From: Alphaproteobacteria bacterium UBA6376
GTDB lineage: Bacteria; Pseudomonadota; Alphaproteobacteria; Rs-D84
DNA: 64,000 nt
Direction: 5' to 3'
Assembly: GCA_002437665.1 (NCBI GenBank)
Contig: DJQW01000001.1
Span: 297,492 to 361,491 of the forward strand
Shown here: positions 44,801 through 52,850 of the stretch, in pieces
Layout of the letters: every line of letters begins with the position of its first letter
Position numbering within the stretch: the first letter of the stretch is position 1
Program-made: the position numbers and the translations under genes
Notes under the pieces: model-generated
The model's database searches: none
The model's input: the letters and a program-made list of their open reading frames with translations, nothing else
Told to the model about the DNA's origin: nothing

Positions 44801-45942
44801 TTGAAAAGGGTGCAAAGGTTGCCGAATGGGATCCATATTCGAACACAATCATTGCTGAAAAAGACGGTGTCGTCAGCTTTAACGACTTGGTCGAAAACGT
44901 ATCGTACCAAGAAGAAGTTGATTCTATGACTGGTATCGTTTCGCGCAAGGTTATCAACTGGAAAGCCAACACGAAAAAGGCATTGCAACCTGCAATCCGC
45001 TTGGTTGATGCAAACGGCAATGTAATTTCGTTGGGTGGTAAAAAGATTGCAGAATACATGCTGCCTATGTATTCGGTGCTGAACGTTTCGAACGGTGCAT
45101 CGGTTGTGGCTGGTGATATTCTGGCACGTATTCCAGTTCAGGCGAAAAAGACGGGCGATATTACCGGCGGTCTGCCACGAGTCAATGAATTGTTGGAAGT
45201 GCGCCGTCCTGCAAACCCAGCATTGCTGGCGGAAATCGATGGTACGGTTGAATTGGAAGATGCAAAATCCAAAATCATCATTCGTATCGATCCCGAAGAT
45301 GGCACAGCCCCAGTTGAATACGCCGTGCCAAAGGGTACAAATCTGATGGTGCGCAGCGGCGACGTTGTGCGCAAGGCCGATAAACTGGTCGACGGCGATC
45401 CAGTGCCACAGGATATTTTGCGTATCTTGGGCCAGAAAGCGTTGGCGACATTTATGGTCGAACAGATTCAGCAGGTTTACCGCTTGCAGGGTGTGGTCAT
45501 CAACGACAAGCACATTGAAATTTTGATTCGCGAAATGACACGCCGCGTTGAAATCACAAACCCAGGTGACACCGGATTCTTGATGGGTCAGGTTGTTGAC
45601 CGCGTTGATTTCGAAGAAGAAAACGCCCGCGTTGCCCACGATGGCGGCAAAGTGGCCGAGGCCTCTCAGGTCTTGGTTGGTTTGACCCGTGCGTCGTTGA
45701 CATCACGTTCATTTATCTCGAACGCATCGTTCCAGCAGACAACCAAGGTATTGGTTGACGCTGCAATCAGCGGTGCAACAGATAAATTGGTCGGTATCAA
45801 TGAAAACTTGATTGTCGGCCGTCTGATTCCAATCGGCACTGGTGCGTACGTACGTCGCGTCCGCGAAATTGCCAAGGAAGAAGAACGCGAAGAACGTTTG
45901 GCCCGCGAAGGCAATACCCAGCAACAGTTGTTGGATATCTAA
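41833..45942 (+). CDS. rpoC: DNA-directed RNA polymerase subunit beta'
   Basis: Zinc motif CACGKY...CERCGVEV and catalytic NADFDGDQM. ATG at 41833 is preceded by GAAAGGAG. Confidence 0.97.
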   Translation: MTNMLQKIFGQIETKEQFDALRITIASPEEILSWSHGEVKKPETINYHSLKPEAEGLFCQQIFGPVKDYECACGKYKRIKFRGVVCERCGVEVGSSSVRRERMGHIKLAMPVAHTWFLREGKIATLLNNLPQKKLEQVISYDAYIVIEPGLTNLKQYDVISEDEYQSAVEEFGADAFRVGIGAEGVRSIIANLDMGDERTRLRAELAETKSEAKRKGLIKQLKLVEAFLDSKTDPAWMLPDIIPVIPPDMRPLVTLDAGHVAASDLNDLYRRVIIRNNRLKRFQEMHAPDIIVRNEKRMLQEAVDSLFDNGHKARPMVSQNRRPLKSLSDSLRGKSGRFRMNMLGKRVDYSGRSVIVSGPSLKLHQVGLPKTMALELFKPFVYARLLAGDYANTLKTARKMVENGEDVVWEILEKVIYQHPVLLNRAPSLHRLSLLAFEPVLIEGKAIRLHPLVCKGFNADFDGDQMSVHVPISLEAQLEARTLMLSSNNVLSPANGEPMIVPAQDMVLGVYYISLIDGEHTDKSPRFANMDEVKMALENHSITLHTPIVARINGKIYKTTAGRMILGELLPKSEKMPFDLVNKVMPVKEIKALLATTYERCGDKAMIKLADDLKNTGFEQAARSGISIGFDDIIIPEEKKTMIADAEKAAEEIESQYQNGLLSGGERHNKLIDLWQKTTDKLGDLAYAALGKTTGENWNSVLMMALSGARGSKRQIQQLAGMRGMMQKPDGSIIEVPIISNFKEGLTMSEYFTSTHGARKGMSDTALKTADAGYLTRRLVELAQNTVITEHDCGTTEYITAKPVYQGSTLSVALGDVVLGRTAAHDIIHPITKEVIVPAGELITKTAAKQINESGLPSVDVRSVLTCCSDGLCAKCYGMDLSRNALVHVGEAVGVIAGQSIGEPGTQLTLRTFHIGGVAAGGAESHFIEVPVAGTIKLTGVNTIKNTAGRVVVLSRNGELAVVDAKGETLFSCALPYAAMLIVNDGDTVEKGAKVAEWDPYSNTIIAEKDGVVSFNDLVENVSYQEEVDSMTGIVSRKVINWKANTKKALQPAIRLVDANGNVISLGGKKIAEYMLPMYSVLNVSNGASVVAGDILARIPVQAKKTGDITGGLPRVNELLEVRRPANPALLAEIDGTVELEDAKSKIIIRIDPEDGTAPVEYAVPKGTNLMVRSGDVVRKADKLVDGDPVPQDILRILGQKALATFMVEQIQQVYRLQGVVINDKHIEILIREMTRRVEITNPGDTGFLMGQVVDRVDFEEENARVAHDGGKVAEASQVLVGLTRASLTSRSFISNASFQQTTKVLVDAAISGATDKLVGINENLIVGRLIPIGTGAYVRRVREIAKEEEREERLAREGNTQQQLLDI

Positions 45943-46392
45943 ATGGGAAAAACAGGCAATGGGGCGCGCATGCGCCCCGTTGCAACCAATGCAATGACAG
46001 AAATACCCGCAATCTTTTGTGATATCGATGGCGTTGTGAATAAGAAGTTTGCAATCGCCAACTATGACCGTTTTGGTGAACCGAATGAAAATATGATACG
46101 CATTCTGGAAACACTGGGGCGCGATTTCACGATTGTGTTTATTACTGGTCGTTGGGCCATGGGTCAGGACAAGGTTCAGCGTCATATTGATGCCTTGCTG
46201 CCAAATATTAAAAAACGTGTTTTCTGCAAGCCGCATGACTATGCCGGCACAACCGCAGAGTTCAAATTGGCAACGATTGTCGCATTGGAAAAACAGGGGT
46301 ACAAATTCTATATGGGCTTGGACGATCACAGTGCGGTTATCGGTCTGATGCACAATCACGGTATGTTTGTCGCCCAGGTAATATCGGATTAA
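45943..46392 (+). CDS. Small HAD-superfamily phosphatase (PNK-phosphatase/NT5C-like)
   Basis: DIDGV motif I, FITGR motif II and GLDDH motif IV. The ATG abuts the rpoC stop codon. Confidence 0.6.
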   Translation: MGKTGNGARMRPVATNAMTEIPAIFCDIDGVVNKKFAIANYDRFGEPNENMIRILETLGRDFTIVFITGRWAMGQDKVQRHIDALLPNIKKRVFCKPHDYAGTTAEFKLATIVALEKQGYKFYMGLDDHSAVIGLMHNHGMFVAQVISD

Positions 46393-46458
46393 AGTTTTCC
46401 TTGCATTTGCACAGGATTTTTATAGAATATCAAACTGTAAATTAAAAAGGATAGTAAA

Positions 46459-46608
46459 ATGGCAACGCCAAAAAGCAAAACAAGTAAAGCACGCACAGCA
46501 CAACGTCGTTCTCACGATGCACTGTCTATCATGCCATGCACAGTATGCAAGGCCTGTGGTGAAAAGAAACGTCCGCATCACGTTTGTCCTGCATGCGGCG
46601 CAAAATAA
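46459..46608 (+). CDS. rpmF: 50S ribosomal protein L32 (49 aa; below the ORF-track size cutoff)
   Basis: Hand translation: MATPKSKTSKARTAQRRSHDALSIMPCTVCKACGEKKRPHHVCPACGAK. Canonical position upstream of plsX. Confidence 0.88.
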   Translation: MATPKSKTSKARTAQRRSHDALSIMPCTVCKACGEKKRPHHVCPACGAK

Positions 46609-46680
46609 TTTCAACCAAGGAATTATAGAAAGGCAGATTTGGCGCATCGCGTGCATATCTGCTTTTTTATTGTAAAAAAT

Positions 46681-47748
46681 ATGTCAGACAAGAAAATCAT
46701 TTCTGTTGATGCAATGGGTGGTGACAAAGGGCCCAAGGCCGTCTTGGGCGGTATGAACCAGTTCTTGTATCAAAATGGCGAGGGCAAGGTGTTCTTTCGC
46801 CTGTTTGGAAACGAGGCATTATTGCGTCGTATGTTGGCGAAATACCCACGTGTCGCGCGTAATTGTGATGTCATTGATGCACCAAATGTAATTCGTGGCA
46901 CGGACAAGGTTCGCGATGTCATTCGTCATGCACAGGACACGTCCATGTACATGGCAATCAAGGATGTCCGCGAAGGGAAATCTGCCGCGGTGGTCAGCGC
47001 GGGTAACACCGGTATATTTATGTCGCTGTCCAAATTGATGCTGAAAACAACGGCGGGTATCGCGCGTCCGGCAATTACAACAATGTTGCCATCGGGTGGT
47101 GGTGATTCCCGCGTGGTGGTTTTGGACTTGGGTGCAAATGTCCAGTGCGACGAAACAATCCTGTTTGACTTCTCGGTCTTGGGTACAGTTTATGCAGAGG
47201 TTATCGGTAAAATGCCGCGCCCCAGATTGGGTGTCTTGAATATCGGTGCCGAAGAAACCAAGGGGAACGACACACTGGTTCATTTGAACCATGTCTTGAC
47301 CGAACACAAGGATGAATTGCCATACGAATACATCGGTTTTGTGGAGGGGAACGACATCAGCGGTGGTCATGTTCAGGTTGTTGTTACCGACGGATTTACC
47401 GGCAATATCGTTTTGAAAACGGTCGAGGGGACAGCCAAACTGATTAAACGCGTACTGGTTGATAACCTGAAAAAATCTATTCTGGCAATGGTCGGCGCGT
47501 TTTTCTTGGTGCACGTGTTCAAACGCTTGAAGCACAAGATTGATCCACGTTCGTATGCGGGCGCGGTGTTCTTGGGCCTGCAAGGGTTCGCAGTCAAGAC
47601 CCACGGTAACAGTGATGCGCTGGCATTTGCGAACGCACTGAAATACGCAACGGATTTAACGAATGCGAATCTGAATGATTTGATTGCCCAGCGGGCCGCA
47701 TCGGTTTCAAAAATCCGTGACGAGTTCAAGATAGAAGCAGAACAATAA
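46681..47748 (+). CDS. plsX: Phosphate acyltransferase PlsX
   Basis: ISVDAMGGDKGP N-terminus. Start trimmed to the ATG at 46681. Confidence 0.92.
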   Translation: MSDKKIISVDAMGGDKGPKAVLGGMNQFLYQNGEGKVFFRLFGNEALLRRMLAKYPRVARNCDVIDAPNVIRGTDKVRDVIRHAQDTSMYMAIKDVREGKSAAVVSAGNTGIFMSLSKLMLKTTAGIARPAITTMLPSGGGDSRVVVLDLGANVQCDETILFDFSVLGTVYAEVIGKMPRPRLGVLNIGAEETKGNDTLVHLNHVLTEHKDELPYEYIGFVEGNDISGGHVQVVVTDGFTGNIVLKTVEGTAKLIKRVLVDNLKKSILAMVGAFFLVHVFKRLKHKIDPRSYAGAVFLGLQGFAVKTHGNSDALAFANALKYATDLTNANLNDLIAQRAASVSKIRDEFKIEAEQ

Positions 47749-47775
47749 AAAAACGGGGCATCGCCCCGTTTTTAA
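47749..47775 (+). terminator. Rho-independent terminator after plsX (acggggcatcgccccgt)
   Basis: Hairpin plus T-run. Identical stem-loop to 10220..10236. Confidence 0.8.
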
Positions 47776-48250
47776 TTCCCCTCCATCGGGAGGGGTGTCG
47801 CACGCAAGTGCGACGGGGAGGGTTACTAGTTAGTGACAAAGTGAATAAGTGATAGAGTGATATAGTTTTAGAATATAAAACTAAAAAAACGTGTCGCCTG
47901 CGGACTGACGTCCTTGCCGCATCCTGCGCTTCGCTTGGATTCATTCCGTGGCTTGTCCGGGCCCCGCAAAATTGATAAATTTTGTGGGTGGTGTCCACCG
48001 GAATCTAGGTAAATAAAGTTGCGCCATCCGGCGCACTTTATTATTTCTACTGGATTGCCACGCGTCGCTGCGCTTGCTCGCAATGACAGAGATTCTAGCG
48101 CGTGTGTCGCCTGCGGGCTTGCGCCCTTGCCGCATCCTGCGCTTCGCTTGGATTCATTGCGAGCGTAGCGTGGCAATCCAGTGAATGATGACGCGCCATC
48201 GGCGTACAAAATCTATTATCTATTCTCTATTATCTATGCTCTAATCGGGG
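47776..48250. repeat. Mosaic intergenic repeat cluster, site B
   Basis: 47830..48086 matches 59921..60177 over 257 nt, with a few substitutions and small compensating indels. Additional modules follow at 48103..48157 and 48155..48200. Confidence 0.92.
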
Positions 48251-48255
48251 CGTTT

Positions 48256-48705
48256 TTATTCGCAAATCTTCAAATTCGGGCGGGCGGCGCGCAGGTTGTT
48301 CAGCGATTGTGTCTGTGCGGCGCGGAATGCGTCCGGATTCCATATCTGAAAACTGTTGCCACGACCAACAAAAACGGCGCGGTCTGTGATACCGGCGTGT
48401 TGTAATAAATCGGCGGGAATAACAATGCGGCCCGTTACATCAAATGCCAATGGGCGCGCGTCCGCAAACAGCATCGCCGACAAATCGTCCAACGCGTCAT
48501 CAAAAACACCCATCTTGTCTGTTGCCGACGCCAACTGTTCCATACGGGACATGGACAGCCCCTCTATACAATTATGGGTAAAAGAACGATATAAAACAAC
48601 GCCCGCGAATTTTTCATTGGACACCGAAGACCGGAAAGAGGCCGGTACTGAAATACGCCCCTTGGTATCCAAACGATTTTCATAAGATGAGAGAAACAAT
48701 GACAT
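48256..48705 (-). CDS. mraZ: Transcriptional regulator MraZ
   Basis: MSLFLSSYENRLDTKGRISVPASFR and a second SpoVT/AbrB-like repeat (GRIVIPADLL). Start trimmed to the ATG at 48705. Confidence 0.88.
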   Translation of the reverse strand: MSLFLSSYENRLDTKGRISVPASFRSSVSNEKFAGVVLYRSFTHNCIEGLSMSRMEQLASATDKMGVFDDALDDLSAMLFADARPLAFDVTGRIVIPADLLQHAGITDRAVFVGRGNSFQIWNPDAFRAAQTQSLNNLRAARPNLKICE

Positions 48706-48760
48706 TTTCAGGTCTTTGTTTGTTAGGTGTATTCGCCGTTCCCTTTCCGTCTTCACACGG

Positions 48761-48824
48761 AATGTAGCACGGGGATTTTTGGTTGTCAATGACAATTTGT
48801 AATTATTTTATGGTATTTTATGGT
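48761..48824 (-). promoter_or_regulatory. mraZ promoter with adjacent tandem 10-bp repeats
   Basis: On the minus strand: TTGACA (48784..48789), 17-nt spacer, TACATT (48761..48766). A perfect tandem attttatggt x2 lies at 48805..48824, just upstream of the -35 box. Confidence 0.45.
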
Positions 48825-48880
48825 CTGAAAAGTAAAATCAAACTTTTTTCAAATAAAATTAAAATAAATGAATTTTCCCC

Positions 48881-48910
48881 TTGACCTGCGATTCGTTTTT
48901 GTTCTAAGAT
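48881..48910 (+). promoter_or_regulatory. Sigma70-like promoter for 49085..49420
   Basis: TTGACC (48881..48886), 18-nt spacer, TAAGAT (48905..48910). This would give a leader of about 165 nt. Confidence 0.35.
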
Positions 48911-49084
48911 GTTTGTATAGACAAGGAGAAAAGGTTTCGAAAGTCCCAGAAAACCGCCAAAAACCGGATTTCTGGCGAAAACAAAAAACAAATGAAAATT
49001 TAATTGGCAAAAATGTAAATACGTGTGTAAATACATTCCAAGATTAGATTTTCGACAAACCCAAAGCGAAAGGAGGGCCCCGCA

Positions 49085-49420
49085 ATGCCAAAAAATATAA
49101 AAGAAATTATGATTGCCTTGAACAAAGTTTTAACAACAACAGTTTGGGTGAACGAAGATCGCCAGATTATATCGCTGGCCGACGAACTGAAAATCGGTCA
49201 CAACAACGCACCACGCAGTATCGAAGATTTGCCACGTGCGTCATTGGTTGGTGCATATGTTTCATTGCAAATTCGTACAGATAATTTCGAAGTAGCCGCC
49301 GAAAGCATGGACACAAAGACATTGGCGTTGCGTGTCAAAGGCATGGTCTTTGCCGAAGCGAAAAAGATTATGGACGCCGCCGACATCGAAGAAAAGTCGT
49401 CTGTTGCGCGCGCTGCATAA
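49085..49420 (+). CDS. Hypothetical 111-aa protein
   Basis: Strong SD AAGGAGGG 7 nt upstream of the ATG. Terminator hairpin ccaccg...cggtgg plus T-run at 49491..49523. No family recognised. Confidence 0.5.
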   Translation: MPKNIKEIMIALNKVLTTTVWVNEDRQIISLADELKIGHNNAPRSIEDLPRASLVGAYVSLQIRTDNFEVAAESMDTKTLALRVKGMVFAEAKKIMDAADIEEKSSVARAA

Positions 49421-49523
49421 TGCGTGGGCAACCGCGGGTCTGAATCAAGGCGTCAAAACAGTTTCTGGGAATACCAGAAGGAAGGGAGTAGCCACCGTCG
49501 AGCAATCGCCGGTGGTTATTTTT

Positions 49524-49806
49524 ATTAGTGAGAGAGTGAATAAGTGATAGAGTGATAAAGTTCAAAAATATAGAACTTAAAAACAACGTCATTGCGAGCG
49601 TAGCGCGGCAATCCAGTGAGTAATGTCGCGCCATCGGCGCGCTTTTATATTTACTGGATTGCTTCGTCATTTCATTCCTCGCAATGACAGAGATTCTAGC
49701 GCGTGTGTGTGTCGCCCGTGGACTGTGTATTTTTGTTACTAAGCACCTTTGTCATTGCGAACGTAGTGAAGCAATCCAGTGAATCATAGTCGCGCCGAAT
49801 GGCGCG
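49524..49806. repeat. Mosaic intergenic repeat cluster, site C
   Basis: Contains the agtga-periodic module, gtcattgcgagcgtagcgcggcaatccagtg, the gcgccatcggcgc hairpin, ttactggattgcttcgtcat...ctcgcaatgac, and gtcattgcgaacgtagtgaagcaatccagtg. Confidence 0.9.
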
Positions 49807-49810
49807 TGCC

Positions 49811-50224
49811 TTATTCATCAAAGAATGATGGCAGTTTGGATTTTTTGCCGTTGTATATCGCCAATGTTCCCGCTTTGCGCGCGCGGTCGTAATATTTGAT
49901 TTTATAGTCGATGATTTTTAGCATCTTTTGAATCTCGGCCATTTGGGCCATTACCGCGGCGCGACGATTGATAAACATGTCGTAACGCTGTTGTATCGTT
50001 TTGTCGCCCATTGCGCACCAGTCGATAAATGTTTTAATGTCCGTCAAACTCATGCCCGTCTTTTTCAGACATTCAATAATGCCCAATCGGTCAATGTCGC
50101 GATCGCAATAGTCGCGAATGCCACCACCACGCTTTGCAACATCGGGCATCAAGCCCATTTTTTCATAGAACCGCAACGTGTGTTCTGACAATCCTGTGAT
50201 TTTTGAAATTTCACCAATACGCAT
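49811..50224 (-). CDS. MerR-family transcriptional regulator
   Basis: MRIGEISKITGLSEHTLRFYEKMGL. Divergent from the flavodoxin-like gene. Confidence 0.88.
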   Translation of the reverse strand: MRIGEISKITGLSEHTLRFYEKMGLMPDVAKRGGGIRDYCDRDIDRLGIIECLKKTGMSLTDIKTFIDWCAMGDKTIQQRYDMFINRRAAVMAQMAEIQKMLKIIDYKIKYYDRARKAGTLAIYNGKKSKLPSFFDE

Positions 50225-50290
50225 AATTTTCCTCTTGACCTAGAGTTAAATCTAGGATTTATACTGTAAAAAGTCAAGGGAGGAATTGCA

Positions 50291-50821
50291 ATGAAAAAAA
50301 TTACTTTTTCACTTTGTGCGGCATTGGCACTGTGCGGTGCCGCCGACGCGCGCGATTTGGTCGCATACTATTCACGCAGTGGTAACACCGAAATTGTCGC
50401 GAAAAAGATTGCCGAAATCACCGGCGCAGATTTATACAGAATCGAAACCGCCGACGCGAATCATTATCCAGCGGACTATACCGAAACAACGGTTGTGGCA
50501 AAGCAAGAAATCACAGACGGCACATTGCCCGCGATAAATGCTACGCCCGACATGTCACAGTACGACACGATATACGTCGGTACGCCGTGTTGGTGGGGCA
50601 CGATGGCATCGCCAGTGCGCACATTTTTGACCAACAATAATTTTGATGGTAAAACGATTGCGCCATTTGATACACATGGGGGCAGTGGTGCCGGCAATGT
50701 ATTCACAGACATTGAAAAACTGACGCCAAACGCCACGCATCGTGATGGTGTGGCAATCTATGGCGCGTCCGCGTCATCGTCTGATGATACACTGAAAGCG
50801 TGGATTGATAACAATAAATAA
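50291..50821 (+). CDS. Flavodoxin-like protein with N-terminal signal peptide
   Basis: LVAYYSRSGNTEIVAKKIAEITGADLY FMN-binding N-terminus, then YVGTPCWWG. Confidence 0.75.
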   Translation: MKKITFSLCAALALCGAADARDLVAYYSRSGNTEIVAKKIAEITGADLYRIETADANHYPADYTETTVVAKQEITDGTLPAINATPDMSQYDTIYVGTPCWWGTMASPVRTFLTNNNFDGKTIAPFDTHGGSGAGNVFTDIEKLTPNATHRDGVAIYGASASSSDDTLKAWIDNNK

Positions 50822-50848
50822 AAATGCCCCATTTGGGGCATTTTTTAT
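50822..50848. terminator. Bidirectional terminator (atgcccc-attt-ggggcat)
   Basis: Hairpin with an A-run and T-run between convergent genes. Confidence 0.75.
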
Positions 50849-52842
50849 TACCACAGTTTGATTCTGTTTTCTGGGGCGACGTATAACGCGTCGTCGGGCG
50901 TGATTTTGAACGCGTCGTACCACGCCGTAATGTGGGGCAGTATTCCATTGACGCGATTTTTTGCCAATGAATGTTCGTCAATCTTGGTCAGGCGTAATTC
51001 TTCGTCGCTGCGAATATTCTGTGCCCAAGATGTCGCGTATGCGATAAAGAAACGCTGGTCGGCGGTGAACCCATCAACATCACCCGATGGCACGCCAAAG
51101 TTTTTATACGCGGTGAACGATACTGTTATGCCACCATAGTCCGCCAGATTTTCACCCAGCGTGAATGTTCCATTTGCGTGTACGTCACCCGCAATCACAA
51201 TTTTATCAAAGTGCGCACGCAACACATCCGCGCGTTTTTCAAATCCCGCGGCATCGTCCGGTGTCCACCAATCGGTCATATTACCATCGCGGTCAAAATG
51301 ACGGCCGGAATCATCAAATCCATGTGTCATTTCGTGACCGATAATGCTGCCGATTGCGCCATAGTTAAACGCATCGTCTGCCCCCATATCAAAGAACGGG
51401 TATTGCAAAATTCCCGCAGGAAAGCAAACCTCGTTCGTTGATGGGTCATAGTAAGCGTTGATTTCATGCGCATTCATGTACCACAGTGTCGGGTCTTTTT
51501 CTGCACCGATTTTATTCAACCAAAATTCATCTTCGAATGCTGACACCGCCAACATGTTTTCCCACAGTGACGCATTCGCATCAATATGCAATTTGGAATA
51601 GTCGCGCCATTTATCAGGGTAACCAATTTTCGCATGGAACGTGTTCAGTTTTTTCAGTGCCTGTGCCTTGGTCACATCGGACATCCATTCCAGATTTTCA
51701 ATGCGCATTCCCAACGCACGCTGCAAATTTTTAACCAGTGTTTGCATACGCGCTTTGGCTTCGGCGGGGAAATATTTCTGGACATACAGGTGGCCAATTT
51801 CTTCGCCCAATGTGCCGTCCAACAATGACACTGCGCGTTTCCAACGTGGCTTGGGTTCTTTCTGGCCCGCCATGGTGCGGTTATAGAAATCAAATGCAAT
51901 TTCATATGTAGTATCGTCCAACAGTGTGTCGGCGTCGCCCACAATTTGATATTTCAAATATGTTTTTATCAGGTTCAAATCCGTGTCATTCATAATGGCA
52001 ATGGATTCGGCAATGGCCTCGGGCTGGGCAATATTGATTTGCTTTGCGTGCGCCGCGCCACGTGCCGCCAGATATGCGTCCCAATCAAAATTCGGGAAAC
52101 GTTCTTTGACCTCTGCAATCGTCATTTTGTGATAGTTCGCGTGTGGATCACGCAATTTTTCCTTTGGGTAAAATGACCCCGCCATACGCAGTTCCAGATT
52201 GTATAATTCTTGGGCATTGACTGGTACACCAAAGTTTTTCATCTGGCGTGTTATAAATTCCAGATACTTTTTGCGAACCTGAACTGTTTTCGGATCATTA
52301 TCAAAATAGTAATCACGTGCCAGCCCCAGTCCCCCTTGGCCAATATTATACAGGTAATGCGTGCTGTCTGTTTCGTCCAGACCAACCCCATCGCCCCAGA
52401 ACGCCGTTGTCATGCGGTGCATGCGACCCAAAAAAGCGGGCAATTCCGCGGCGGATTTTATTGCGTCAATTTCCGCCAACTGGGCGGCAACAGGCGTGGT
52501 CTTGTCGGCATTCAGACGTTCGGCATTCATTGCGATTTTATACAACGTGCCGATTTTGCCATCATCGTTTTCGGCGATTTCACGTACGCGTTTCAGGTTT
52601 GTATCACGCAGAACCTCAAACACGCCATAACGCGTATAGTCGTCTGGAATAGGGTGCGATTTGCGCCAACCGCCGGTTGCAAAATCATAAAAATCATCGC
52701 CTGCGCGAACAGTTGTGTCCATGTTTGCCATTTGTATTCCAGAGTTCATAATAACCTTCCTTTGCTTTGTAAAATGGTGTGCGGCCCCGCACGCGACGAT
52801 AACCGCAACAATCCCAATTATGTTTAATAATTTGTTTTTCAT
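50848..52842 (-). CDS. M13-family zinc metalloendopeptidase (PepO/neprilysin-like)
   Basis: HEMTHGFD (HExxH) and ENLADYGG motifs. N-terminal membrane anchor. Confidence 0.88.
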   Translation of the reverse strand: MKNKLLNIIGIVAVIVACGAAHHFTKQRKVIMNSGIQMANMDTTVRAGDDFYDFATGGWRKSHPIPDDYTRYGVFEVLRDTNLKRVREIAENDDGKIGTLYKIAMNAERLNADKTTPVAAQLAEIDAIKSAAELPAFLGRMHRMTTAFWGDGVGLDETDSTHYLYNIGQGGLGLARDYYFDNDPKTVQVRKKYLEFITRQMKNFGVPVNAQELYNLELRMAGSFYPKEKLRDPHANYHKMTIAEVKERFPNFDWDAYLAARGAAHAKQINIAQPEAIAESIAIMNDTDLNLIKTYLKYQIVGDADTLLDDTTYEIAFDFYNRTMAGQKEPKPRWKRAVSLLDGTLGEEIGHLYVQKYFPAEAKARMQTLVKNLQRALGMRIENLEWMSDVTKAQALKKLNTFHAKIGYPDKWRDYSKLHIDANASLWENMLAVSAFEDEFWLNKIGAEKDPTLWYMNAHEINAYYDPSTNEVCFPAGILQYPFFDMGADDAFNYGAIGSIIGHEMTHGFDDSGRHFDRDGNMTDWWTPDDAAGFEKRADVLRAHFDKIVIAGDVHANGTFTLGENLADYGGITVSFTAYKNFGVPSGDVDGFTADQRFFIAYATSWAQNIRSDEELRLTKIDEHSLAKNRVNGILPHITAWYDAFKITPDDALYVAPENRIKLW

Positions 52843-52850
52843 GTCTTTCC

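Noticed and set aside
41911-45639. Long minus-strand ORFs (41911..42768, 44395..45639, 44529..45059 and others) inside rpoC. Similar ORFs lie inside rpoB, the RND gene, pyk and plsX.
   Set aside because: They are antisense to highly conserved genes, have no RBS or motif support, and are judged to be shadow ORFs.
47868-48209. Track ORFs lying in repeat clusters (47868..48209, 47941..48135, 59921..60127, 60159..60557, 60247..60480, 27348..27788 3' part).
   Set aside because: They simply translate the mosaic repeats (recurrent ...RNESKRSAGCGK... peptides), exist in both orientations, and have no start signals.
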